DNA from: Octopus bimaculoides
Lineage: Eukaryota
Assembly (NCBI RefSeq): GCF_001194135.2
Contig: NC_068981.1
Location: forward strand, 144,078,552 to 144,142,551
Reading direction: 5' to 3'
DNA: 64,000 nucleotides
Shown piece by piece: positions 11,585 to 24,421 of this stretch (the first letter of the stretch is position 1; every line of letters begins with the position of its first letter). The position numbers and the translations under genes were made by a program. The notes beneath the pieces are model-generated. The model worked only from the letters and a program-made list of their open reading frames with translations, made no database searches and had not been told where the DNA came from.

Positions 11585-14500
11585 TCCTGCCTTCCTATAG
11601 AGAAGAAGTGATTTTTTTTGTCTCTTATTCACATCTAACTAGCGTTCAAAATAATAATTTTTCTATCGTCTTGGCCTAACAGCCCTTACCGTTTGTTTTC
11701 ACTGTTCTGTCTTGTTTGTACTGTCTTTTACTGTCTTGTTCTCACTCTCCTGTCCTTGTTTACACTTTCACCCTCCGCAAAAAAATTCCAAATTTTAATT
11801 CATTTGCTTTGCGGTAAGGACAGTTCCAATGAAGTCGCGTATTGTACTTGTCTTCGAAACGCGGAGTAGATGGAACAGGGACAACTGATGAAGGGAAATA
11901 TTCTTTATGTTGCATGTCTCGTTTCTCTGTTTGTTTTTTTGTTTTTTTCGTTGTTCGAAAAAAAGTTCGTTTTCTTTCTTCGTCTTTATGTTTTCGTCTT
12001 TATGTTACGTTCTGAGTTCAAATTCCGCCTAGGACGACTTTTCATTTCACCCTATCGATAAAATAAGTATTAGTTGAACACTGGGGTCAATGTAACTGAC
12101 ATGTATCCTTCCTCATAATTGCTAGCCTTGTGCCAAAATTTGAAATCAATGTTTGGTTAAGGCTCTTTAGGTCTCAACTTTAATTAGAGTAAAAAATAAT
12201 CTATACCTGGGCTAGGTAGCCGGAGTACGAAAAAAGATCTCGGTATATTAACAAACTTCTTTTGCGTTCCTAGTTCTAGTTATCTCACTTCACCTGTGTT
12301 AAAACAGAAAGAGAGATGAATGACATGAAATCACTCGCCAACATACTCCATCCGCAAGTATGTTTGTAGACATGTTGTTTTCTCCTCTCGTTGTTTGCTG
12401 TCACCTCTGATTCTCGAAAGAGATTCGCTTACTGATTGTTTACTCTGTGGCACTCGACTCACCCATCTCTTCCCACCACTGACCACTTTTCGCAATCCTT
12501 CCTCCTCAGAACTTCAACCCTCTGGAATTGCCTCTCATCCTATTTTTTTCTTGCAACCATCGGCCTGTAACAATCGGAGCGAAGGACCTGCAATGGCGAA
12601 GAGCACAGTCTTCTCTCCAGACTAAACTAGAAAAAAATCCCCAAAACAAACAAGAGAAGATGTGTGCATAACATTTAATTTTATTTCGTTACCCTCGAAA
12701 TCTGAGGCCTCCAGTATTTCATTCTTCAAAGGCAGAAATTAACATATGATGCAATGCAATTGGAAGCATATGCAGTTAGTTGAGTCCGTCGACAAATACC
12801 ATTATATCGATCGGCTTCTCAGATATTTCAGTGGCAGAGCAAAATCCGAAAACTTTATCTTCAAAGCAAAAGGATTTTATTTCACTAAGAGAGGGTGAGA
12901 GAGTAAGAAGGCGAGAGGAAGACAAAGTAAGGTAGAAAGAAGAGAAAGAGAGAGAATGTGTGTGAGAGAGAAACAGTGTTTAAGAGAGAGAATGTAAGAG
13001 AGGGTGAAGGTAAAGGAAGGAGAGTGACAGAGAATTATATAAAAGTCACTATAATATGCTTGATTTGATATATATTTCCTCTATAAAACTGGAAAGTGAC
13101 CGTCTATTTTAACTAATATTACCTAATAGATACACCATTGATCGTGGCATTTCAAAGATTTGTCATTGGATGCTCGATGAAATAAATCTGTGTGGTGTGA
13201 CATGCTTCCTTTATTGTTTTCATCCGATGCAATATCAATTAATCTTGTATAGGCTGTTAACAGAACAGTATTATGATTTCACTGGCAGCATATCTATTCA
13301 TTGACTTGGTAAAAGTAATGTGAGTTTTGGCGTTGTCTGAGATTTACTACTTATTTTAACAGAAGATGATGTTGGCGGTGTTCATCTTAGTGGGCTAAGG
13401 TAGGGTATAAGATAGTTATGATGGAATTATTAGAGTTTAGGTTATTGATGAGGTGTGATAAATAATATTCCTCTTGGCTTCTAGCCTCAATTCTTTATAG
13501 TGAACACAGAATAGAATATTCTAGACGCAGACTGATGTCAAATCTATCACTCAACACTTGATGGTACATCCTAATGTTATTGCCAAGATGAAAGACAGTG
13601 AGTTGATATAAACGATAGAGTGTCTGTAGGCATTAATTCGGTGGCAGACTTTCCTCGTCTGGCCAGACTATAAAAAAAATGTCATAGCCATAAAGGTTGT
13701 GTCCATGAGATAAGAACTAACGACCCTTCAGCCAGCAGTCTGACATTTTAATCGATTCAGAAAGTTGTGGCTTTTAAGTAAATAGACACAGATAAAACGC
13801 AAGACAAAATCAGTGAACTAATAAAATATTTGTAGTGAAGATTTTTAGGAACTACCATTATACAAACTAACGTTTGGATGAAGTTCTTTACAAAATTAAG
13901 AGACTCTTCAGCTATATTTAATGCTTCGCAACATGAATGTCAGCATGAATACCAAAATTGCAGATGTAATGAAAGACGAATAATTGAAACCAAATGAAAA
14001 TCATTTAGCTTTGCTACCATTTAAATGATTGCATCAAACAGCACATGTAAACGTTCATTTAAGCTTACGTAAGCAACGTTGTATGAATATAATCGCTACG
14101 GTAGTCTAAGTAGATTTGATATAAATCTTCTGAGCATTGATTGATCAAAAGAAGTGGCACACAGCTGAAACTCGGTGGAGGCAGGGAAGTTTAACCTTCT
14201 CCCCAACTGCGATTTGCAAATGGCGTCATGAATTATCTTAAACTTTAATTTATCTATTTATTTATTCATCTATTTAGCTATCTATGAATCATCAAACAGT
14301 GAATGTTCGAAATAGTGAAGAAGAAAATATGAAAGCATAAATAAATAAGAATAAATGAATAAGTAAATAATAAACGAATGAAAGAATAAAGAAAATAAAG
14401 AATAAACGAAGGAATAAATAAATAAATAAATAAAATCTACAAAGCCCCCTACTAGACGGAAAGCTGTTTTAGGTGCTTTTAGAAGCTTACCTACCTGTAC

Positions 14501-16186
14501 TTAGACGTAATTAACTAGCAATCCTATTAATGCTGATATTGGCTAGATATAGGAATGATGTCTGCTTAAAATCTCAATGAATTGAAAAAAAAAATGATTA
14601 TTTCCATACTTGTACACATTAATACATCTCATATCTATCTACATTAACACACACACATACACACTCACACATACACACGCACGCACGCACACTCACATAC
14701 GCATGTAAAACAATTCTATATCCATACACTCATGTACAACATGTACATGCTCTCAAACTAACTCATTGATGAAGCTTCCACGTGATCACTCGATCTGCTA
14801 AAAATAGCAGCCAAAGCTCCCTCAAACTAAACCATACTGTCTTATAAAAAGGATGCATAAGAAAATATTACGTAGGTTATACTACTCAGAAAAAAATTGG
14901 GGCCTTTATGGCCATATTTAGAATGATTTTTCTTTAAAGATGTATTTGCCTGCTCTTTCAGGGTTGAATGTATAGTTGGTTAAACAGCAACAACACCCAC
15001 GACCACGACAACGACAACGACGTCGACCACCACCACCACCACCACCACAACCACCACCACCACCAGCAGCAGCAGCACCACCACCACCACCACCACCACA
15101 ACAATAACAACAACAACAATAACAACAACAACAACAACAACTCTGTCTTGGAAGCAATGAGTGAAATCCCTGTAAGGTCGCTGGACCTGCAAGATATTCT
15201 TTTCTACTCTAGGCACAAGGCCCGAAATTTTTGGAGAGGGGGCTAGTCGATTAGATCNNNNNNNNNNNNNNNNNNNNNNNNNNNNNNNNNNNNNNNNNNN
15301 NNNNNNNNNNNNNNNNNNNNNNNNNNNNNNNNNNNNNNNNNNNNNNNNNNNNNNNNNNNNNNNNNNNNNNNNNNNNNNNNNNNNNNNNNNNNNNNNNNNN
15401 NNNNNNNNNNNNNNNNNNNNNNNNNNNNNNNNNNNNNNNNNNNNNNNNNNNNNNNNNNNNNNNNNNNNNNNNNNNNNNNNNNNNNNNNNNNNNNNNNNNN
15501 NNNNNNNNNNNNNNNNNNNNNNNNNNTCAGAACGTAGCGGCAGACGAAATACCTATTTCTTTACTGCCCACAAGGGGTTATACACAGAGGTGACAAACAA
15601 GGACAGACAAACAGATTAAGTCGATTATATCGACCCAGTGCGTAACTGGTACTTATCTAATCGATCCCGAAAGGATGAAAGGCAAAGTCGACCTCGGCTG
15701 AATTTGAACTCAGAACGTAGCGGAAGACGAAATACCGCTAAGCTTTTCGCCCGGCGTGCTAACGTTTCTGCCAGCTCACCGCCTTCGACCTGCTACATAT
15801 TGCCGCCAAGTTATCCCTTTTATTACTGCTTGCAGTCTAAAAAAATGGACAGACACGTTGGAATATGGGTGCCGGTGAAATATGTGATCTACATGCCATT
15901 ATGCTCTACAGCAACTTAAATCTAGACTAGCTTGTGATCTACATTCAAAATTTTGCTATAAATTTGCTATTATAATTAGAGGAATGAGTTAAACAAGGAG
16001 AAATTCTATTGCAGCTGCTTCATCTCGAATAACCTGTGTGTAAAATTCTTTTGCTTTCATCACAACTTCTTTCAATGGGTTCAGGACTAAAAATGTTCAA
16101 ATCATAACAGTTTTTTTGGTTTACATACCAAACCAACCGGAAGTCGAATAAATAGATGAATTTTAAATGTAAACCAAAAAGACGGT

Positions 16187-16295
16187 GTAGATCACAAACT
16201 ATACCATTTGAACAAATTTAGATCACAAGCTATACTAGAAACATGTACGTAGATCACAAGCTATACTTCAAACATGTATGTGGATCACATACTAC
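16187..16295 (+). repeat. Four 31-bp-period repeats with a TAGATCACAAGCTATA core
   Basis: Cores start at 16188, 16219, 16250 and 16281. Inverted cores at 15883-15892 and 15928-15942. Confidence 0.85.
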
Positions 16296-18210
16296 ACCGG
16301 TACCGGGATATGTTATACCAGCAATGCAAAAGGATGAGATGACTACGACTTGAATGAATGCACTTGACATATGTCTACTCGATCTTAGCTGACTTAGACT
16401 AAAGAACAACAATAAGTCGATTACATCGATCCTAGTGTTCAACTGGTACTTATTTTGTCGATCTAGAGAGATAGGAAATATAAAGTTGACTCTTATGGCA
16501 TTTGAACTCAGACCTTAAAGTCGGAAGAAATGCCGCTAAGCACTTTTCCCGGTGCGGTAACGATTGTACCAGTTCGCCGCCTTAGTACTGATTTCAAATT
16601 TTGGCACAAAGCCAGCAATTCCAGGGCATGGGGTTTAATCGATTACATTGACCCCAGTGCACAAATAGTACTTATGTTATCGACCCCGATAAAATCCGAA
16701 AAGATACGTACTTGTCTCTCCTTCCGCCTTTGTGCCTCATCTTAATCTGCAAAACTGAATGTATGTATAATTATATATGTGCTCCTGGTTGGAATTTCAA
16801 GTTGTTGAAATTTTACATAGGGACCCGTGTAACATAAAATTTCAGCTTTTAGATCGTCTTCCTGGTGATTCCATTCCGTATAAATGTTTTTACTCTATGT
16901 TAAATCTCCCTGAATTAGTTGATTACCCCATAAAATTTTTAAATTCGTAATATCAGTTACTCTCGAAAAGCGATCCTCGCCCCATTAGTCTTTAAAGAAA
17001 TTTAGGCGTTATTCGATTTTGCAACGGGTTTTGCTTGGTAGTTGAGAATAAGATTACCTAAGACGCAAAAGATTTGACAGGTTCTTGTGGGATGAAGATA
17101 TGATCATTCCAAAAATTCCTTTCGTTCCGATAAGTATGATCTTTGAATTTTATTAAAATGTAACTTCAGTTTTAGTTGCCCTTTTATTTTACAAAGAATC
17201 AAGTTAGAACCATTCTTTATCGCATAATTAATTGTGCGTTCCTTTTAGAAGAGTTGAAAAACAACAAAAAAATCTGTTCATTTTAACTGCTGAAAGAAAA
17301 ACTAAGAGCATTGTACATATAGCAATAGACATTAAGAAAAGTTACTGACCAGAAAAATAATTCTTTTAGAGTAATTATGTAAATTATTATTTAGAACAAT
17401 ATGCAAATTAGTTCAGTATTTTGAAAAAACAAAGCCAGTTTACTAATAAAATATAAAAAAATCTAAGAGTAAAATTTTATTTCAGGTTTTATATTTGTTT
17501 TAATTTATTTCATGCACATTTTTATGAAGCGCAATTTGAACCATCTTAGAATAGCTTAAATTCGATGATTTGAGAAAAATCGATATTTCCGGATCATCTG
17601 AAGATAGTCAACGTCTTTTCAAAGGCAATATACCCAAAATATAGTACAGCAGCTTGTCAGCAGTTACTATATGAGTCATCATGGGAGCCTCTATGTTGCT
17701 CTCGATTTGCGAGAAAAGATTGCCAAATCTGTCTCAAATCACAACCTACTGTCTTTACAACAGCACACTTTGGAGAATGTAATACAAAAAGGCACGAGCA
17801 CCTTTGATCACAAGCTTGCTCGATCAAGAGCTATACAACACTGTTAAGAATAACGACAAACAGCCATGTGACTTATGTAACAAGCTTGATTATCAAAGCT
17901 AAGTCACAAATAACCCGCATTTCATATTAATGTTGTGTAGTCCATTCAATTGTATCAAGTATGATTTAGTTTGGTTTTAATCGAACTAGTTAAAGTGAAG
18001 TTACCCTGTTCAGCAGTGTAAGCTAAAGAAACATTGAGATTTCAGTTACTTTTCACAAGGAACTGTATTAATATGTGGTTGTTGTTGTTTCTGCTATTCT
18101 ATCCTGTGTCAGCTATGATCAAGAAGACGATTGGAAACAAACTACATCACACAGATGAGCCATTTGGTTGCAAAGATCGTGCAACATGTCGTGTCATATC
18201 ATAAAGGTAA

Positions 18211-18378
18211 ACAGAGCTGCGCTCGATACTGAAGTGAAAGCACATTATAAAGATAAAACTACTGAATAATATTTCGTTTTTGGATTTGGTTTGCAAGATT
18301 TTTTATGTGATTTCGTGTGTTGAAGCATATTCTGTTGTGTCTGGGGAGAGTCATTTTCTTTTCGTGCCTTAAAATGAA
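18211..18378. mobile_element. R4/Dong 3' tip (+, 18211-18264) joined tail-to-tail to a minus-strand fragment of a second tail family (18271-18378)
   Basis: ACAGAGCTGCGCTCG...ACTACTGAATAAT matches the 3' UTR at 4958-5016. The reverse complement of about 18330-18378 matches 19460-19508. Confidence 0.65.
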
Positions 18379-18558
18379 ATTATAAATGAAACTTCCCCAG
18401 GAGTGGCTGTGTGGTAAGTAGCTTGCTAACAAACCACATGGTTCTGGGTTCAGTCCCACTGCGTGGCACCTTGGCCAAGTGTCTTCTACTATAGCCTCGG
18501 GCCGACCAAAGTCTTGTGAGTGGATTTGGTAGACGGAAACTGAAAGAAGCCCGTCGTA

Positions 18559-18591
<33 letters not shown>

Positions 18592-19508
18592 NNNNNNNNN
18601 NNNNNNNNNNNNNNNNNNNNNNNNNNNNNNNNNNNNNNNNNNNNNNNNNNNNNNNNNNNNNNNNNNNNNNNNNNNNNNNNNNNNNNNNNNNNNNNNNNNN
18701 NNNNNNNNNNNNNNNNNNNNNNNNNNNNNNNNNNNNNNNNNNNNNNNNNNNNNNNNNNNNNNNNNNNNNNNNNNNNNNNNNNNNNNNNNNNNNNNNNNNN
18801 NNNNNNNNNNNNNNNNNNNNNNNNNNNNNNNNNNNNNNNNNNNNNNNNNNNNNNNNNNNNNNNNNNNNNNNNNNNNNNNNNNNNNNNNNNNNNNNNNNNN
18901 NNNNNNNNNNNNNNNNNNNNNNNNNNNNNNNNNNNNNNNNNNNNNNNNNNNNNNNNNNNNNNNNNNNNNNNNNNNNNNNNNNNNNNNNNNNNNNNNNNNN
19001 NNNNNNNNNNNNNNNNNNNNNNNNNNNNNNNNNNNNNNNNNNNNNNNNNNNNNNNNNNNNNNNNNNNNNNNNNNNNNNNNNNNNNNNNNNNNNNNNNNNN
19101 NNNNNNNNNNNNNNNNNNNNNNNNNNNNNNNNNNNNNNNNNNNNNNNNNNNNNNNNNNNNNNNNNNNNNNNNNNNNNNNNNNNNNNNNNNNNNNNNNNNN
19201 NNNNNNNNNNNNNNNNNNNNNNNNNNNNNNNNNNNNNNNNNNNNNNNNNNNNNNNNNNNNNNNNNNNNNNNNNNNNNNNNNNNNNNNNNNNNNNNNNNNN
19301 NNNNNNNNNNNNNNNNNNNNNNNNNNNNNNNNNNNNNNNNNNNNNNNNNNNNNNNNNNNNNNNNNNNNNNNNNNNNNTTGAAAAGGTTGCAAGACGCAAC
19401 GAAAATTTTAGGAAAATAAAAATAAGAAATAAGTGGAAATTTTACCGGTGGTTGTGTTAAATTTTAAGGCACGATAAGAAAATGACTCTCCCCAGACACA
19501 ACAGAATA

Positions 19509-19589
<81 letters not shown>

Positions 19590-19590
<1 letters not shown>

Positions 19591-20227
19591 TAGAAAGAGT
19601 GTGAAAAATGTGACCCACTTGGTAAGTGGATGTGAGAGGTTGCAGAAAACGTATACAAACGCCACCACGATAAAGTGTGTGTGTATCTTCATTGGTTCTC
19701 ATGCCGGAAATACCAATATAAAGAAACAGAGAACTGGTACGAGCATGTACCAAGTAAAGTTATGCAGGAAGATGGAAAAGTAACGATACTCTGGAACTAT
19801 AAGTTTCCGACGCATCGTGTAATCGAACACTGTCGGCTGGATATTGTCATATTGATTAACAGAGACAAATACTGTCAGAGCATTGATGTAGCCAAAGCAA
19901 ATGAGATGAATGTTGTGAGTAAAGAGGTTTTAAAAAATCACGAAGTACTCCGAATTGAAAGTGGAAATGGCAAGACTGTATGGAATGCGAGGGGGTAATG
20001 TAAAAGTGATACCAGTAGTGATAAGAGCGTTGAGCTCAATCCCATTGAAACTTCAAAACTTCTTAAGGCAACTGGAAATCCCATGCAAGATTGATGTCTT
20101 GCAAAAAGCAGCCTTATTGGGCACAGCGCACATCTTAAGGAAAGTATTATCTGCCTGAGGTCCTTGTTGTGACTTGACAGATGACTAAAGACTCCGGTGT
20201 ATTTTTAGTTACACTGTGTTACGAAGG
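19590..20227 (+). mobile_element. Degenerate R4/Dong-like fragment: zinc knuckle remnant, RHD-like motif, RLE endonuclease, 3' UTR
   Basis: VTHLVSGC..L, HHDKV, ILWNYKF...RLDIVI...IDVA, VIPVVIRALS...LQKAALLGTAHILRKVL*, with frameshifts. (AAT)n on both sides. Confidence 0.85.
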
Positions 20228-20929
20228 AATAATAATAATATTATACCCTGATGCAACACCAAGCACTGGCTCTCGTGGTTTCTGATCTCAACTGATTGGA
20301 AGTGTTATGTACATGTTTTGTCTTGGTATAAAAGATGGGCTACAGCAAATATTTTGCTCAATACCACAGATTTGTTTGTCAGATGTTTGACCTTAACCAG
20401 TTGAGCATGTCCCTTGGTGGCTGACGATATGTACATCGCTGACCAAGAGGAGTAGTAAGGGAGCATCATAGCCATGTATTGAGAGGAACTCCTTTGGGTT
20501 CTCCTCTAGAAACATGGGTCCTTCGTTCAACATCTTTAAACAATCCTTATTCGAGAACCTTTTGAGCGAGATGGGCTACTCTACTTGAAGAAAATTCTAA
20601 CTGGGTCCCACCTGCAAGATCATGTGCTGTTTATCATGATATGAAATCTCCATGTCGCGCACGTTTGGTTGTGATGCATGTGCCTGGTGTATCAAATGGG
20701 CTATCATGATGGTTAGATTGGGCTTCGTATATTTGTATCCCAGTGTCACTCTGATGGTATATGTTGCTCTCTCACACAATAATGATTATAATGGTTTCAA
20801 ATTTTGGCACAAGACCAGCAACTTCAGGGCAGGAGTTAAGTCGATTACATGGACCCCAGTGCTCAGCTGGGACTTAGTTTATTGACCCCAAAAGGATGAA
20901 AGGCAATGTCGACGATTCTGCCAGCTCGC

Positions 20930-20997
<68 letters not shown>

Positions 20998-21006
20998 CAT
21001 CATTAT

Positions 21007-23092
21007 CTTCTTCTTTGCACAGCTTCTAACGCTGGATATGTACTACGGTGTCAGCTGTTCCCTACCAGTGAACTAAGGTAACACCTCCTATTTTTCGAGC
21101 ACCTTTCCGGAGTATTCGGGCGGTTCCAAGCAGTGCTGTTTTCTGCAAGTGCTTCACCCTTACTGCAGCCCCTATTTGTTCCATGTACTTCTCAAGATTT
21201 TTCCTCACTGTTCCCAGGGCTCCGACAATTATTGGTACTACTACCATTTTTTTTTCATCGACCACAACTGTTTTACCTCCCAAACTAATCTGTCATATCT
21301 ATCGACTTTTCTTTCTTCCTCATCGCATACCTTGTTGTCAGCTGGGCATGCTATATTTATGGTTCAGCATAGTTTACTTCCTTTCTCAATTAACACTATG
21401 TCCGGCTTCCTATTCTCCATCTCATGGTCGCATTGAATCATAAAATCTCAGGATCTTTGCATTATCATTTTCGATGATGCCTTCGGGTTTGTGGTCGTAC
21501 CAATTTTTTGCTCTGTCAAGTCCGTACTTGTTGCAAAGTGTCCAATGGACAAACCTTGCTATATTGTCGTGGCATCTCTTATATTCCTCCTGGGCTAGTG
21601 GCGTACATTGGCTGGTAATATGCCATACGGTTTCACCATTTTGTCCACAGATTCTGCACTTGTTACTTTCTGATGTGTTGTCTATTCTGTATTTTATGTA
21701 CTTTGTTCTTAGTGCTTGCTCTTGGGCAGCACTGATTGGAGCCTCCGTTTCCGGCTTTAAATCACTTTTAGCCTTCCACAGTCATCTTTTTTCTCTGTCT
21801 GTCTTATCTTCAACATCCCTATGAAATTGTCCATGCATTCTTTTCTTTACCCACCTATTTTCAGTTTCATTCGTTTTCAATTGCTTGTACAATGCTTTAT
21901 CTTTCCAATCTTTCATCCTACACAAGCCTGACCTTCTTACTTCTAATAATAGCGGTTGTGTGGCATTTTTTACATACCATGCTATGCTGTTTTCTTCTGC
22001 TCTAATGCTGTGTTCGCATCCAATAAGTCCTCTTCCCCCCTCTTTTTCTTGATACATACAGTCTGGTTGTGTCACTTTTTGGTTGGAGTGTCCCATATCT
22101 AGTTAGCAACTTTCTTGTCTCTCTGCCTAAGCTGTTTAGTTTGTCTACTGTCTGTGCTATTGCCCCTGCTCCATATCTAAGGAATGAGACCGCTCAGGTG
22201 TTGAGAGCTTCAATCTTATTCCATCCGTTTAATTTCGACTTAAGGGTCAGTCTCAGTCTGCGCAAGTACTCCACCTTAAATTTCTTTCTCCATCAATTTA
22301 TCCATTTCCAAAATCCCCAGGTACTTATAACCCGTCTCTTCTATCTGCTTCATAATCACTGCCGACGGTATCGATAGCCCGTCCATACATTTGATTTTGG
22401 CTCTCTTCAAGACTAACACACCACACTTTCTCAGTCCGAACTCCAATCTGATATCAGCACTGAAAGTATACACCGTATCAACGGGGGAATTGACTTGAGC
22501 TTCATCTTTACCATAAAGTTTGAGGTCATCCATGAATAACAAATGGTTGACTTTTTGTTGGCGGCTTTTTAATACATACCAAGCTTTTGCTTTCCTCAGA
22601 ATCAGTGTTAGTGGTATCAAGCACAGTACAAAGATCAGTGGGGACAGGCAGTCCCCTTGGAAGATGCCCCTCTTGATTTCTACTGTCCCTAAACTTCTTC
22701 TGTATGCTGTCAGGTCCGTCTTCCAATTCACCATACTTTTTCCAAGCAATTGCTCAACATTCGATGCAATACTAAATAGGTTCATACATTCCATTATCCA
22801 AGAGTGTGGGATCATATCGTACGCCTTACGATAGACGATCTATGACATGGCTAAGTTAGTTTTCCTCCTCTTGTAGTCTTTAAGTACAGTTTTGTTTATC
22901 AGGAGTTGATCCTTGGTACCTCTGCACTTACGCTTCCAACCCTTCTGCTCATGTGGCGGGACTCCAATTTTTTCCAGATGTTCGTACATTGACTCTGCGA
23001 GTATTCCAGTCAATAATTTCCACATCAGTTGCAAACTGGATATTGGCCTGTAATTGTCTACCGTATTGCCTTGTTCGATGTTTTTCAAGCAC
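21007..23092 (-). mobile_element. About 2.1-kb decayed R4/Dong-like non-LTR retrotransposon (RT + RLE), 5'-truncated
   Basis: RT motifs [55 protein letters not shown]-terminal VVPIIVGALG...KTALLGTARILRK. Stops and frameshifts present. Confidence 0.92.
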
Positions 23093-23176
<84 letters not shown>

Positions 23177-23198
23177 TAATAATAATAATAATAATAAT
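23093..23198. repeat. Palindromic microsatellite (TAT)n to (AAT)n
   Basis: Strand switch at ATTAAT, 23121-23126. Confidence 0.95.
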
Positions 23199-24043
23199 GG
23201 AAAATGAAAAGACAAGATCAACACTTGGAGATGGCTAAGAAAAAGTGACCTGAAAGGATCACTGAGGCATTGATATGCAGCACCCAGGAACAAGCTCAGG
23301 AACAAGTTCCTAATAGATAAGAGTAGCAAATCCCCCCCCCCCTTGTAGGATGTGCGGCAGCTGAAACGAAACAATCTCACATATTGAGAGTGAGTGTAGC
23401 AAGCTAGCCCAAAAGCACTACAAAAGGAGGCAGGATAACGGGGTTAAGTTCGTCCACTGGAGGCTATGTGAAAAGTACGGCCTGGACAGAGCACGAAAAT
23501 GGTACGAACATGAACCAGAAGGAGTCACCGAGAACAAGGAATATGAGATAATGTGGGATTTTACAATCCAATGCTCAGAGACCGGATATTGTTGTGGTAG
23601 ATAGAAGGAAAAAGAAAACCAAGATTATAGTTATTGCAATACCTGGGGATGCACGCATAAAAGACAAAGAACTAGAAAAGATTGAAAAGTACACACTACC
23701 AAAAGACGAAATTACAAGAATGTGGACTTTGAGGCGATTGTCTGTCATTCCAGTAGTTATATGAACACTCGGAGCACTTATAACCAAGCTGGAGAAATAT
23801 GTCAGAGAAATCGGATTTGACACGAGAGCAGAGCGAGCCCATAAAACTGCTCTGTTTGGGGACAGCTGAGATTTTGAGATTGGTACTTGGATGTTGAATG
23901 TCTCCCACGATAATTAGCAACCGAGTATCAAAGCTTATAATGTGTGGAAGGAGACCCTATGAGACCTCTGACAGCAGGCTGCTGTCTGCTCTCGCGTAAT
24001 CTACCAGAGCAAACAAGACTGAGCACTCAGAGAATTAAAACAA
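23199..24043 (+). mobile_element. Decayed R4/Dong-like 3' part (CxxC zinc knuckle + RLE) with (GAA)n tail
   Basis: TWRWL, CRMC..ETISHI.SECSKLAQKHYKRR, HWRLCEKY, WYEHEP, MWDF, DIVV, KIEKY, KTALF. (GAA)n at 24044-24073. Confidence 0.85.
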
Positions 24044-24363
24044 GAAGAAGAAGAAGAAGAAGAAGAAGAAGAACGATGGTTATAATTATGATTATGATGA
24101 TAATTAACTGAACTGAACAGCAAGTAAATGAGTCTAAGTGGTCAAAAATAATGTGCAATGTCTGAGCCTGGTATCGAACCCCAATTGTTCTTACCATTCG
24201 TCCATCTACGTTTCTGATTTCACCAGTAGACGTCTGTCTTGTTCTATCACTACGTTATATAGATTCCTAATGTGTCTTATCTCATTAGTTCCTTTTCTCT
24301 GTCGGCTGTTTCCAGTTAAGAAATTTATTAAATTCTGTCCGTTCTTTAACAGAACGACAGGAA

Positions 24364-24421
<58 letters not shown>

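Noticed and set aside
13253-13398. Two AG...GT bounded mini-exons
   Set aside because: The first is closed in all frames, the spacer is only 42 nt, and there is no recognisable product.
16187-16295. Repeat-spacer pattern as a CRISPR array
   Set aside because: Eukaryotic context, 31-bp total period, linkers related to each other, no cas genes.
18113-18206. Exon-like segment (tgtcag...AAG|GTAAAC)
   Set aside because: Stops occur in all three frames, and the donor overlaps the R4/Dong 3' UTR (AAGGTAAACAGAGC vs AAGGCGCACAGAGC).
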